From assembly GCF_000142905.1 (NCBI RefSeq), contig NW_013657670.1, forward strand, positions 149,498 to 213,125: DNA of 63,628 nucleotides. Direction: 5' to 3'. The notes below the pieces were generated by a model, which saw only the letters and a program-made list of their open reading frames with translations, did no database searches and was not told the origin of the DNA. This document shows, piece after piece, positions 1-12,237 of the stretch. The first letter of the stretch is position 1. Every line of letters begins with the position of its first letter. This DNA comes from Thecamonas trahens ATCC 50062 (Eukaryota > Protista > Apusomonadida). The position numbers were made by a program, and so were the translations under genes.

Positions 1-2358
1 GTACGCGCCAGGAAACGGTGCAAACGGCACCACATTGTCCGGCAGCCCAAACTTGTTCTCCACAAGCCGCACACCCATGTTCTCATCGGCAACCGCAAGG
101 TCCACGTCGCCGTCGTTGTCAAAGTCCAAGCTCGCAATCTTGGCCCGGCGCGAGGCGATCGCGACCGTGCCGCCTTCCGAATACGTGGCAGGAAACGTCT
201 CGTTGGTGTTCCGGTAGTAGCCGAGCACCTCGGACGACGGTGCCGTCACGACATCCACTCGTCCGTCACTGTCCACGTCGCCCAGCGCAAGTACACCGTT
301 GGTAGACGCCGTCGACGTTACTTCCCGGACCAGGCCACGCAGGGTGCCAGCCAGCGAGACAATGCTCACACCGCCACTGTGGCTGTACACCACATCCAGT
401 GCATCGTCATCGTCCATAAAGCTCAGAGCTAGTCCCCCTAGCTCGTTGACTGGCAAAGCGATGGTGAATCCCGAGTCGAAAACAACTGCATTCGCATTGA
501 TGTTGGTGTAGAGCATGATCCGAGCTCGCGTGACTGTGCCCACGATCACATCGCCGTCGCCGTCGCCGTCGGCATCAGCCACAGCCACGACTGTCGCCCC
601 GTACTCGCCACTTGCAATTACGATCCGGCTTCCAAAGCCACCAGTCCCCGTTCCAAGGTGCACACCGACGCTGCCGTCGCCGCCCACAGCTGTCACCAAG
701 TCGGTGCTGCCGTCGGGGGAAATGCGCCCCTCCCCGAGCGCCGTCACACCGACCATCGCAATGCTGGCGCAACTGAAAAAAGTCCCGTCGCCGCTAGGGT
801 TGCACATCACGTCGATACGCGAGCTTGTGGCCACCACCGCATCAACAAAACTGTCACTATTGGCATGGAGCAGGACCAGCGCTACCACCGGCGACGGTGG
901 CGACGCCAGCGTGCCACCGAGGATTGCGTCAAAAGTCCCATTCCCGAACCCATGGATCCACACCACAGTTCCACTGTCGAGGAGCGCAACAACATCGTCG
1001 GCGCCGTCGCTGTTCACGTCGCTCGCAAGCAGAGTTGTTGCAGGTGATGCCAGAATCTGTTTGCGGCCGTCAAACGCGCTCGATCCAAACCGATTGACGT
1101 ACGTCGCAACGCCGCCGTTGACCGCTGCGACGACATGGCCGCCACTTGCAACAACTGCCGCTTGCGGTGCAGCCATTTCCGCGAACAGAACTCTCCCTGA
1201 AGAAAAGGTCCTTGATCCCGTGCCGAGGGCATAGTACGCGGTAGCGCCGGAAAAGTCCCGTGAGCCAACAACATCAAGCAGCCCATCGTTGTTCACATCC
1301 GCTGTTCGGTAGATATCGGGGAAGCTCCACCAGAACGTGCTCTCGCGGCCGACACTCGTTGTGCCAGTGCCCCAGTAGCCAAGGACAAAGTTGGACATAT
1401 GCCGACCTCCAAGCAGATCGCCGAAGCCGTCGTTGTCAAAGTCACCAGCCACAGACCGGTAAGGCGCTTCCTGGAGCGTACTTGAGACCGCCGTGAGAAA
1501 GCCACCGACACCGTCTCCTGGGTGCACAATGAGCGACGTGCCCGAGATCACCATCAAATCCATATGGGTATCGTTCGTCGCCTCGAGCACAAACATGGCA
1601 TCACGCAAAGTCGGCCCGGATCTTTGCGTAAAGCTACCGCTTCCGTTGTTCGCGAGCACAACAAGGCTGCTCATCCCGCTTGCCCAGATCCACGGCGCCG
1701 GGTTGGCACCGACATACACTACGTGAAGGCTGGATGTTCTACTTGACGTCAGCGTCTCGCCTCCAGTCCGCCGCACCGTCCAGCTCGGGCCCTGCAGCCA
1801 GAACAGGCCATCGGCCGACGAGCCGATCACATCGTTCACGCCATCGGCGTCGACGTCGACAACCTGCACAAGCTTGGCGCCCGGTACTGTCGCCAGCACT
1901 TGCGTCTCCCCGCGCGCCGCGATCCACACCATGACTGCATTGCCAACCACGCCCAAGATGTCTAACCGGCTGCCGCCCATCACCGAGCCCACCGCCACCG
2001 AGTGCACGTTGCGAAGCGCCGAGCCACCACGGACTAGCGTCGTCAGCGACGAGAACTTGCCAAGATCCGGAACGTACTCAACCACGCCGAGCACCGCATA
2101 CTCGGGAAGGGTCTTGAGGGAGGAGGAGACCAGCACAACGTCGGCGTGACCGTCACCGTTGATGTCTTCAGCAACAACCTCGGCCAACTTGTACAATCTG
2201 GCGTCGATGGCCATGACTTCTGTGCCTCTATCCGCCGCGCACGGCGACGCTGCCTCCGCCACCGCCCCGCTTCCGCCACCACCCGCCACCACCACCAGAG
2301 TCACGGCCACGGCCACCAAAGCCACCCACTGCCTCAGGCATGTCAAGGACCTGAGCAT
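1..2358 (-). CDS. Secreted/surface FG-GAP (VCBS) repeat protein, 3'-partial (runs off window start)
   Basis: Absent from the ORF track because no stop lies in the window. Hand translation from ATG 2358 gives MLRSLTCLRQWVALVAVAVTLVVVAGG (signal peptide), then DINGDGHADVV, DVDADGVNDVI, DFDNDGFGDLL, DVNNDGLLDVV, DVNSDGADDVV and, in the same frame near base 1, DFDNDGDVDLA. Confidence 0.9.
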   Translation of the reverse strand, partial: MLRSLTCLRQWVALVAVAVTLVVVAGGGGSGAVAEAASPCAADRGTEVMAIDARLYKLAEVVAEDINGDGHADVVLVSSSLKTLPEYAVLGVVEYVPDLGKFSSLTTLVRGGSALRNVHSVAVGSVMGGSRLDILGVVGNAVMVWIAARGETQVLATVPGAKLVQVVDVDADGVNDVIGSSADGLFWLQGPSWTVRRTGGETLTSSRTSSLHVVYVGANPAPWIWASGMSSLVVLANNGSGSFTQRSGPTLRDAMFVLEATNDTHMDLMVISGTSLIVHPGDGVGGFLTAVSSTLQEAPYRSVAGDFDNDGFGDLLGGRHMSNFVLGYWGTGTTSVGRESTFWWSFPDIYRTADVNNDGLLDVVGSRDFSGATAYYALGTGSRTFSSGRVLFAEMAAPQAAVVASGGHVVAAVNGGVATYVNRFGSSAFDGRKQILASPATTLLASDVNSDGADDVVALLDSGTVVWIHGFGNGTFDAILGGTLASPPSPVVALVLLHANSDSFVDAVVATSSRIDVMCNPSGDGTFFSCASIAMVGVTALGEGRISPDGSTDLVTAVGGDGSVGVHLGTGTGGFGSRIVIASGEYGATVVAVADADGDGDGDVIVGTVTRARIMLYTNINANAVVFDSGFTIALPVNELGGLALSFMDDDDALDVVYSHSGGVSIVSLAGTLRGLVREVTSTASTNGVLALGDVDSDGRVDVVTAPSSEVLGYYRNTNETFPATYSEGGTVAIASRRAKIASLDFDNDGDVDLAVADENMGVRLVENKFGLPDNVVPFAPFPGAY

Positions 2359-2657
2359 GATATTGGATGACGTTGGTAGAGTAGAGTATGGCAGGCTCTC
2401 TCGCTCGTTGGCCAACTCACCACCACGACCACAGGTCGGCCTTGCTCGAGTTGACGTCGTAGGCTGAGAGGATCGACAAGAGTCAACAAAAAGGCGGCAA
2501 AAAAATGTTCGTCCGCAAGGAAAAAAGGGGATCCCTGCAACTCAACCCAACTCACGCACCACACCCACAGCCCAAGTGTCTCGACTCAAGTTCATTCCTC
2601 TCCTTCTCCCCCCTCCCCTCCCTCCGCCGCCCTCCTGAAGGCACGTGCTCGCCCATA

Positions 2658-5600
2658 ATGCCCATTCGCATGCTTGTGGTTCTGGCCGTGGTCGCGGTCG
2701 TGGCGGTTGGCCTCATGCTCGCTCCGGTTGGCGCGTCTTCTTCTTTCGTGACGCCGTCGATCGAGCAATGCAAGTCGCAGCTGCCGTCACCTTCGACGAC
2801 GATTGCGGTCACGTCGTACCCGGCGTTCAAGAACATGGTCCTCACCAATGTGAGTCACGACATGCCGCGAAGCGTTTTTACGACCACTGGTGCTGGACTC
2901 TCGCTGTTTGTTCCGCGCGCGAGCGGCTACGCAGGGATGATGGTCCTGTATCCGGGTACGGTCCGCCTCCCCTCGCAAGGCCATGGCGTGGACATGGACC
3001 GCGACGGGCTGGACGACATTGTGTTCCAGGCTGAAGGTCTTGGCGTTGCGTGGCTTCGCAATCTCGGCAACAACGTGTTTGATGTCACTAATCCCATCGT
3101 CATTACTCCGGGCTGGGCCTCGTCAAATCTGGTCGCCGTTGCCGACCTCGACGCCGACGGCGACGAGGATCTCATTTTCAACGCCTACAACGACTACCGA
3201 TGGATGGCCAACGGCGGTGACGGAAGGTCGTGGACCGAAAACATCATTCCCAGCCCGCCGCTTCTCTTTAGTCAGAAGAACTTGATCGTCGCAGACTTTG
3301 GAGGCAACGCCACACGCGAGATCATTGTGGACAACGGATCTGGTCGTGCCTACCTGCTCTTCGACGACGGCTCGCTAACCTGGTCCGGCCGCAAGCAAAT
3401 TGTCTTCTCGGACATCGAGAAGACAGGCATTGTCGTGGCCGACATGAACGGCGATGGTCAACTTGACCTTGTTGTGCCGCATAGCAACAGAGTGTTCTTC
3501 GCCCGCAATCTGGGCTTGTCATCTTTCTGGCCCTCGTCGAACGTGTACACTAGCGCCGGCTCGAACTATGTGGCTGTCGGCGATGTCGACAATGACGGTG
3601 ACAACGACGTCATTCATGCTGGTCCCTTTAGCAGCCTCGTTCTCTCCCGCAACTCAGGAACCGGCACGTTCTCGAGCTCCTACATCACCGTCAGCAATGC
3701 TCAGTCAGCGTTCCTAGTCGACCTCGATGGCTCTGGCGTACTTGACCTGATCACCGGCTACAGCTTCAACTCTGGCTTTAGGACATATCGTGGCTACGGC
3801 ACCGGCTCGTTTTCCTCTCTCAGTTCGCCGCCTACACTCAACCACAATGTCAAGACGGCCCAGGCCGTAGCTGATGTCGACGGTGACGGGCGACTTGATG
3901 TCATTACCTCGTCGCTCACCGGCACGGTCTGGGCCCGCAACGCTGGCAACTCTGTATTTGAAGGCATTCGCAGGATCACGTCAAGTGGTGCTGACCACGT
4001 GGCTGTGACAGACTTTAGTGCCAGTGGCCGGCCTGACATTGCACTTGCAGTTGGCAAAGAGCTCCGCCTCCACACAAGCAACCCAAGCTCCATCTCTGGC
4101 TTTGATGCCGGTGTCGTCATCGTCACTGCTCCCACGGCGATCACTGCGTTGGCCGTGGCGTACATCGATTCTGGCTCCGCACCCGATGTTGCGTACACCA
4201 CATCCTCCACTCTGTACACGCTGACAGCAACAGGCGCGTCATCATTTGCGGCACCAACATCTGTGGACAACTCGCTCTCGGGTGCGACAGCGGTGGTCAG
4301 CGCCGAATTGACAGGCGATGCTGCGGCAGACCTAGCCGTGGCGACGTCAGGCGATAGAGCCATTGGGCTCTACATCCACGACGGCGTGGCCGGCTTTCGC
4401 GCGCGCGTTGTGCTTGTGGCTGGCGTTGCGCCGTTCTCTTCGCTCCTTGCTGCCGACGTTGACGTTGACGGTGACCTCGACCTGGTGTACTCGGCGAAGA
4501 GTTTCGCTTTCGTTGGCTGGTTGGCCAACGCTGGGTTAGGTGCCTCGTTTGGCGACGCGACGTCCATCACGGAGGCCGCTTTTGGGGTCGTCTCGGTGGC
4601 AGTCGGTGACATTTCCGGCGACAGTGTGCCTGACATGGTCATCGCCGATACAGCCGGCACCACACTCGTCCGTGGGGCAGGCGGCGGAAAGTTTGCCACG
4701 CCGGACACCGTCACTACGGTGACTGCCTACTTTACCGGCATTGCCGATGTGAACAGCGACGGTAAGAAGGACATTGTTGTGCGTCAACAGAACTCGCTTG
4801 TCTGGGTCCGCAACGCGCCGCAACCAGCGCAGTTTTCTGCGCTCGGCTCCGGCATCGTGAGCACGCCGCGCGCGTCGGGCCGCCCTGAGATGGTGGTTTT
4901 TGACGCTAATGCAGATGGGCGTCCCGATGTCGCGGTTGCCCGCCCAGACCAGCTGCAGTGGCAACTGTTCATCAATCGCGGCGACGGTACTGTTAACCGC
5001 GTTGCAGCCGTCGACGCTTTCGGCGCCGCGCTGATTGTTGCCGGAGACTTTGACGGAGACGGCGATCTCGATGTAGCACTGGCAAGTGTTGCGCCTAACG
5101 GCGCACCCTCTCTCGCAGTCTTCACCAACACCGATGGCGCCGGCGGCTTTGCAGCAACCTCGCAGACAGCCGTGGCATCGGCTGCCGAGCTGACTGCCGC
5201 GCCTCGCCAGTTGGCAGTCGCCGACATCGACGGTTCTGGCCACCACGACTTGCTGGCACTCTTTCCAACCTCGGTGACCATTTATTCCATGGCAAGGAAC
5301 GGATCTTTCGCGCCGAGGCATGTCACCTTTGCTCCGCCCGGTCTCCCAGTCGCGATCACCAGCCTCCGCTCACTCTCTGTCATTGACGTCGATGGCGACG
5401 GGGTGCTTGATCTTGGCTTGTTGGCCGACGCTCCGAGGGCCGTGTTCTGGACTGCCGGGCGCGGCGACGGCTCGTTTGCCAGCGGGCAGTTGGTCAACAC
5501 CTCGGTTGCGGGTGCGAACGACCACTACATCGACGATGTGGCGTGGTGCGACTTTAGTGGCGATGGCACGGCAGACGTGGTTGTCACTGGCCGGCGGGCG

Positions 5601-8600
5601 GTGCCACCAATGACCAACATCCTCAGCATGCTGCCGTTCAATGCCGAGACCGGGCGCCACGACATGACACCGTCGCGACAATTTTCTGGTAGTTCAACAC
5701 TCATGGGTCGATGCGGGGATGTCAATGGCGACGGCATGGCCGACCTGGCTGTGCGCCAGAGCGGCATTGATCTCCACATGTCGGCGCCAGGCTCGAGTCT
5801 TTTGACGTCGACGGCCGTCAAACATGTGCTCTCGGGACGAGCTGAGCACATTGTGTTTGAGGACATGGACTCGGATAGCTATATCGACGTCGTCAGTGTC
5901 AGCCCTGGAGTCGTCACCGGTTCGCCATACCTTATCGCGTGGTACGGTCAGCGGGCGCGTTCGGGCATGGCGCAACCAGTCCCGCGCGTTTTGAGCGGTC
6001 GCAACGCGACACGCACCAACTCTGCGCGCACCGCCTGTACTGCGCCCAACTCGTTTGCTTGCCTTCGGGCACGCATGGCGCACCTCTCGCCATGTACAGT
6101 CGACACGCTTGTGCTCGAGGCTGGGACGTATAGCTGCCGGACAGAGTCACATGCGAGCTTGTACTCGTCGGCGCGGCTGACGGGCTCGAGTGTGCTGTTC
6201 AATTGCAGTGGGCCCGATGGCGAGCTTGGCGGTGTGCTCTTTCGGGCGACAACCGATGCCAACATTGGGGGGGGTGCAAGCGGATGGCTTGAGGTGGACG
6301 GAGACATTCGCATTGCTGGCCTCGGCGTTGCGCGGCGCTCGGAGATTGGGGCGCCAGGCCTTCGCGTTGATGCGGCCGGAGCCTACATGAGCCTGCATGG
6401 CGTTACGGTGGAGGCCGCCAAATCGGGCCCTCTCACTGGCTCGGTCCTCCACGATGCTGGCCGCGGCGGAGCTGTGCTCGTTTCTGATGGTGGCAAGCTG
6501 GTTGCAAGCCACGTCGCCTTTCGTGGGTGCTCTGCGAGCGAGCACGGTGGCGCGATTGCAGTCCGAGGACGCGGCTCAGCAGCGACGGTTACAAACGCCG
6601 TCCTGGCGGCCAATACCGCAGGCAGCGAGGGTGGGGCGGTGTCAGTGACGCTCGGAGGCACAGCGACCATGTCTGCAAGCACGGTGTCCGGCAACCGTGC
6701 CGAGGGTGTTGGCGGCGGCGGGGTGTTTGTGAGCGGATTGAGCTCGCTGACGGCAAGCAGCGTGGTGTTGTCAGGCAACCAGGCGTCGGTTGGGATCGGC
6801 GGTGCAATTCTCTCGGTCGAGTGTGCCAAGGTCACGCTCTCGGGTAGCATCGTGTCCGACAACGCTGCGCTGTCTGGCGGTGGCGTCGGGGCGGTGGCGG
6901 TGCTTGAGGATGCCCAGACGGCTGCAGCGGCAGGCTCTGTGTTGGAGATGCCAGCTGTGAGCGTGCCCCTTGAGATCGGCGGCGGAAGCAGCGCTTGCGT
7001 GCAGCTCGACGGAGTTGCACTCATCAACAACGCGGCGTCGTCATACGGTGGTGGGTTGCTGGCGTGTGGCGCATGGGTGAGTGTGACGGAGAGCGCAACG
7101 ACGCAATGGAGCGGAAACACGGCCGGGCGGACGTGGCGTCTGTGGCAACAGCGGCAGACGCATTTCTTTGTGCCTCGCGCCAAGTAGTTGCCCCGTTTGC
7201 GTACGATCGCAGCAATTCGGCGGGCCTTCGTGGATGGCGACGAGCGACGAGATGCTCGCAGGCCCACTGGCAGTAGCAGCCGCGAAGATCGCGGGGCCCC
7301 CGGCGAGTCTGGCGTGGGCATCGGATCCGACCGAGACAATCATGTCGGGAGGCACGTTTTCCGGCGAGGTGAGTGTGCGCGATGTTCTTGGCCAGCTTGT
7401 AGTGTACTCGCATGTGGTGGCACAGCTAACGATGTCCGAATCTACCGGCATGGTTAGCAGCGCGTCGAGCACGGCGCTGCTCTCTACCGTGAGGGTGACG
7501 TTGGAACTGGCCGAGCTGCGGATGACGACGACCGAGCAAGCGCGGATAGAGCTGGAGGCAAGTGTGGGTGTTGTGACGAGCGGTTCAGCTTCGCTTGGTG
7601 TTGCACCGTTGGTGACGAGCGTGACGATCACCGACTGCGACCCTGGGTTTGGCGCCAAGTTCTCCGCGGCGACGCCGACGGTGCCCGAGTGCGTCGAGTG
7701 CGTAGATGGAACGTCTGCCAACACACAGTCGTTTGACTCGTGCGAGCCTACCGAGCCGTGCTCCGGCAATACCGTGCGGATCCCGAATGACAACACCTCT
7801 GCCGTGTATGTGCCACTGTGCGTGTGTGCACGAGGCTTTTGGTCGCCGGCAGGCGAGGCCGACGAGCCGTGCGAGCCGTGTCCTCGCGGCGGGATTTGCG
7901 ACGGCGGGCTCTCGCTTCCAAAATCTGCAGCCGGATTCTTCTCGCAGTCTGTGAGCTCGTTTGTGGAGTGCCCGCGCGACGGCTGCGCCGGGAACGACAA
8001 GTGCAAGACCGGTTATACCGGGTTTGTGTGCGCGACGTGTGCTCCGGGCTACTTTGCCAGCTCGGCCGACCGCTGCGAGGAGTGTCCTCCGGGCTCGGTG
8101 GCGCTGATTGTGATGCTCGGCCTTGTTTTACTGGCGGCGGCCGGCGTAGCTGCCGGGTTTGTGGGCTGGTCTCTAGCGCGCGATGCGCGGCGGCGCGAAG
8201 AGAGGCTGAGCCTCGGCGAACATCTTGCACTGTTTCGCTCTCGGTCAACGCCAGTCTCTGTGCCAATGATTCTGACCGCGTTTCAGATTATAGGCGTGAT
8301 TGCCGAAGCCAAGCTCCACTGGCCAGGACCTGCCCTCCGGGTTCTGCAGATCTTTACGCTCTTCAACATCGACGCGCGGTTTGCAGGCTCTGGCTGCTCG
8401 ATCACCTCGCACTATGGCGGGTACGCTCTCGCTGTGGTTCTCCCAGCCGTGTTCCTGGTGGCTGTTGTCTTGGCACTGGTGTGTCTGCGGTGCACCAACT
8501 TGGCGTGGTTCCGTGGCCTACAGAGCCTCTCGCTCCGGACGCTGGCAAACGGGGCACTGTTTGCGATCGCGCCCCTGCTGTTTGTACCTGCGAGCAAATC

Positions 8601-9636
8601 GGCGCTGGTGCACTTTGATTGCATTCGAATCACGTCAGAGGTGACTGTACTCGATGCCGAGCCTTCAGTGCGGTGCTTCGACTCTGCCTGGTTCCAGATG
8701 TTGCCGTTGGCGGGAGGAGCAAGTTTGGTCTACGTTGTTGGCGTTCCGCTTTACTTTGCGTATGTGCTCCGTTCAGCGGCGGCGTCACTGGCGTCCCAGT
8801 CGAACGAGGCGCTGCTGGCGGCAATGCTTTCGGCAGGCCCGCTTTTCCGCCACTACTGCCTCTCGCGACTGTATTCCGAAGTCGGCTCGCTGCTCCGGCT
8901 GCTCATTGTAGTTGCGGCGTCTCTGTTCCTCTCTGAAAACGTGGTGCTTCTTGCTGGCGCGGTCATTGGCGCGCTCGGCGGATGGACTGCTTACGTGCTC
9001 GCGGCAGCGCCATACTACGTCCGGGCGTACAACGGACTGGCGGTGCGGCTCATGGGCGGAGTGACGGCAATTCTCGTGGTCGGTGTCGGCGGCTTTGCAG
9101 AAGACGCGCAGTCGGGGCCCAAGGCCACGCTTGTCTCGGTCGCTGTCATTCTACTTGTGGCTCTTCTGATTGTCAGCTCGATCCACGGCTTTGTTGTTGA
9201 CCTGCGCGGCATCAGTCGCGAGAAGCGCGGCGGTGCGATTGCCAGTGACAATCGGCGGGATGCGTTTGGCGCGTACCTCCGCGTCGAGCTCGCGGATGTT
9301 GGCGGACCGGTTGACGGCGTTCAGCTGGAGGCCCAAGCGCTCCTGGAGTTATGGCCACGCGACTCGGGAAAAGACATCGAGAGTGACGATGGCGAGACAT
9401 GGATGTCTGCAACGTCGACGAAGTCGGGGACCTCGGAGACGGAGACCGGATCAAGTTCATCATCGGGCTCGGGCTCGGCTTCAGTGTCGGGGACAGGTTC
9501 GGTGTCGGGAACGGGTTCGGGGACCGGCTCGGCTTCGGTGTCGGGCTCGGCTTCGGTGTCGGGGACCGGTTCGGGGACCCCAGCGCCCCTGCTCGAGCTT
9601 CCGGGATCGAGGGAATCGAGCTCGTCAATGTCGTAG
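2658..9636 (+). CDS. Large receptor-like protein: signal peptide, many FG-GAP repeats, GGA(I/V) beta-helix, Cys-rich repeats, multi-pass TM domain, Ser/Gly tail (frame broken at ~7125-7230)
   Basis: ORF 2505-7187 from MPIRMLVVLAVV (ATG 2658) has repeated DxDGDGxxD motifs and N.A...GGA repeats. ORF 7168-9636 has CxxC repeats and many hydrophobic helices. The two join through the third frame (ADVASVATAADAFLCA) with two -1 shifts. Confidence 0.85.
9460..9580 (+). repeat. Coding low-complexity repeat (SGSASV/SGTG)n
   Basis: Recurring tcgggctcggcttcggtg / tcggggaccggt units in the tail of the FG-GAP receptor. Confidence 0.8.
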
Positions 9637-9664
9637 CTGCAGGCGCGGCGCGGGAAGATAAAGC

Positions 9665-11308
9665 CTAGTATCTTTCCTGCAGCTGTTTCCAGCCAGAAAA
9701 CAGCGCGTCGCGCTGGCGGTCTCTGTCAGACTTGATCTTGACCTTAAAGCGAGCATCGACGTTAGTCTCCGAGTCTGCGAGACGGGCCAGAACCCGCTGG
9801 CGCTTGCGAGCGGCGCGCTGCTCGGCAGTCTCCTTTGTCGGCGATGGGTGCGTGGAGGCGGCAGAGACGGCTGATGTTGGTGCGGCGGAGGGCCGCTTGC
9901 GCTTGCGCTTGGCGAGCATGGCGTTGCGGGCAGCAGCAAGGCGGGCTTTCCGCGAGGCCGAAGCCGAGGCAGTGGTCTTGGCCGAGGGAGGGAGGCGCGA
10001 AATGGGCGGGCGGGAAGATGCAGCGGGGGCGGCGCCGCCGGGCGCGGCGCTACCGCCAGGAGCAAAGCGCGGCAGCGTGCGGCCAACAGCAGTCCGCTGC
10101 GCGTTGGCTTTGAGGCGCGACTTGTTGACGGCTTGCATAAATGAGGTGCCGCGACGATACGAGTTGGCAGCACTGGCGTCGCGGGTGACGGCAAAGATCT
10201 TGGTGGCCTTGCCGGCGTTGAGGCCGTTGGAGCGGGCAGGATCGTAGGTCGCTTGCCCCGGCTTGAGAACCATCGACGCGTGGGCCGAGGCTTGCTCGCC
10301 GTTTTCTGGCTCGTCAACCTTGCCCGGCGCTCCGGATGTACCGGGCTTGGAGGTGGACGGCTTGGACGCGCCGTACTTTTGCTCGCCGACGGTGCGGGCG
10401 GTTGCGTCACCGCCGGTGGTATGCGAGCCGACGCTGAACATAAGCTCGTAGTACTCAGCACGAACGTGGGACGGGACCGCGCTCAGCTCGGTGCCAGAGA
10501 GCTGGATGCCGGCACGGCCAGCGGCGATGACGTCTGCAGACAGATCAGAGGCGGCAGGGGAGTCATTGGCTGCAGAGCCTGCGTTGGCAGCGGCCTTGGT
10601 GGTGGCGACCTCAGTGGCACGGGCGCCGGCAGTCAGCGGGGCCTTGCGCGAGGCGGAGACAACGCTCCGCGACGACGGGCGATATTTGCGCCAAAAGGCG
10701 GCCCAGAAGGCGATCTGGTCGTCATCAAAGTTGGCCATGGCGGTGTGGACAAAGTACAGATCGCGCGAGTGGAGCTCGAGTAGAGTCCCGTAGCCCTCAG
10801 TCAACACCTTACGAACATGCGGCTCGGCCTTGGAGCGGTACGTCTTTTTGAGCCAGCCGCGGAGAACAGTGTGATGGAGGCCGAGGCGGACAATGCCGGC
10901 CTCTGTCTCCAGATCGTCGCGAGTGAGGCCAAAGAGAGCCCAGAGCGAGATGGGCTTGGCCATGACGGCGTTAGCAAATGCGCGAACCTCGCCATGGAGC
11001 TCAAGCCAGACCTGCTTCCGTAGCGCGTTTGCCGATGCCTTTGCCGGCCCTGTGCGGCACCTGATGGCGGCCTGATCGGCCTCGCTGAGGCTGGCGAGCC
11101 CATTGACATCGTCGATGCTCACCGGCGGCTGGCCAAAGTCGTAGCAAGCGAGATGCCACAGACCTGCCTCAGCAGCCTCCAGCACGCCTTTAGCCGACAT
11201 ACTCAGCGATCTCTCCCTTTCAATAGTAACGTCTGTCTTGCCCGGCATCAAGCCGCAGGCATTGCACACGGCGGTGGCCTCGGTCGCGGGGTAGCTTGCG
11301 TGGAGCAT
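9665..11308 (-). CDS. Protein with N-terminal PARP-type zinc finger-like motif, degenerate J-domain-like helical region and basic C-terminus
   Basis: AVCNACG...WHLACY...IDDVNGLASLSEADQAAIR resembles zf-PARP (CxxC...HxxC, then G...L...DQ..I). Start set at ATG 11308; the ORF-track extension upstream is low-complexity sequence and gap. Confidence 0.6.
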   Translation of the reverse strand: MLHASYPATEATAVCNACGLMPGKTDVTIERERSLSMSAKGVLEAAEAGLWHLACYDFGQPPVSIDDVNGLASLSEADQAAIRCRTGPAKASANALRKQVWLELHGEVRAFANAVMAKPISLWALFGLTRDDLETEAGIVRLGLHHTVLRGWLKKTYRSKAEPHVRKVLTEGYGTLLELHSRDLYFVHTAMANFDDDQIAFWAAFWRKYRPSSRSVVSASRKAPLTAGARATEVATTKAAANAGSAANDSPAASDLSADVIAAGRAGIQLSGTELSAVPSHVRAEYYELMFSVGSHTTGGDATARTVGEQKYGASKPSTSKPGTSGAPGKVDEPENGEQASAHASMVLKPGQATYDPARSNGLNAGKATKIFAVTRDASAANSYRRGTSFMQAVNKSRLKANAQRTAVGRTLPRFAPGGSAAPGGAAPAASSRPPISRLPPSAKTTASASASRKARLAAARNAMLAKRKRKRPSAAPTSAVSAASTHPSPTKETAEQRAARKRQRVLARLADSETNVDARFKVKIKSDRDRQRDALFSGWKQLQERY

Positions 11309-11435
11309 GGTCAGGGTAGAATCGTTGACAGCGGGGGGGGCGGGGGGGGGGGGGGGGGGGGGGGGAGGGAGGGGAAGGGAGAGGAGGGAGGAGGAGGGAG
11401 GAGGGAGGAGGGAGGAGGGAGGGGAGAAGGGACTG

Positions 11436-11603
11436 NNNNNNNNNNNNNNNNNNNNNNNNNNNNNNNNNNNNNNNNNNNNNNNNNNNNNNNNNNNNNNNNN
11501 NNNNNNNNNNNNNNNNNNNNNNNNNNNNNNNNNNNNNNNNNNNNNNNNNNNNNNNNNNNNNNNNNNNNNNNNNNNNNNNNNNNNNNNNNNNNNNNNNNNN
11601 NNN
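11436..11603. other. Assembly gap (N run) in G-rich island
   Basis: Ns in sequence. Confidence 1.
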
Positions 11604-12059
11604 CGGGAAGGGGAGAGAGGGAGAGAGGGAGAGGGAGAGGGAGAGAGGGGAGGAAGAAGGAGTGGTGTGTTGAGATGTTGGAGTGCTGGGAGTGTGTTGG
11701 GTGTGTTGGCGTGTTGGGTGTGGGGTGTGGGGTGTTGTTGCCAGTGGTGGGGTGGGGTGGTCGAAGGGGTGAGGCATGGAGGGGGAGCAGGGGAGAAGGC
11801 CGATGGGTAGGGGGATAGGGATAGGGATGATGACGGACAGTACATGGGTAGTGGGTAACATGGATTAGAGATGGTAATGAGATTTAAACTCATGAGCCAT
11901 CTCCATCCACATCAACTAACCCCAGGTATCGCCCCAATCCCCCCAATCCCCCCCGTCATCCCCTCTCTGCCACATTCCCCCACCGAATGGAAGCCACACT
12001 CCCACCACCCCCCACCACCCACAGCCACCACCCCCACCCCTCTTGTCACACTTGCCCAA

Positions 12060-12082
12060 CACACACACACCACACACGCACA

Positions 12083-12159
<77 letters not shown>

Positions 12160-12212
12160 GCACCACAAACACTATATACATACATACATACATACATACA
12201 TACATACATACA
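12060..12212 (+). repeat. (CA)n and (TACA)n microsatellites just upstream of kinase ATG
   Basis: Directly visible. Confidence 0.95.
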
Positions 12213-12237
12213 AGCCTCGTCACAGGTACAGGGCGAC

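Noticed and set aside
11878-11896. SECIS-like AUGA-AAA-GA
   Set aside because: Stem far too short, not in a 3' UTR, no in-frame UGA gene
11309-12237. ORF-track N-terminal extensions (poly-HT, poly-P, X runs), also upstream of the myosin, kinesin and subtilisin genes
   Set aside because: Translation of microsatellites, introns and gaps; better ATGs lie downstream
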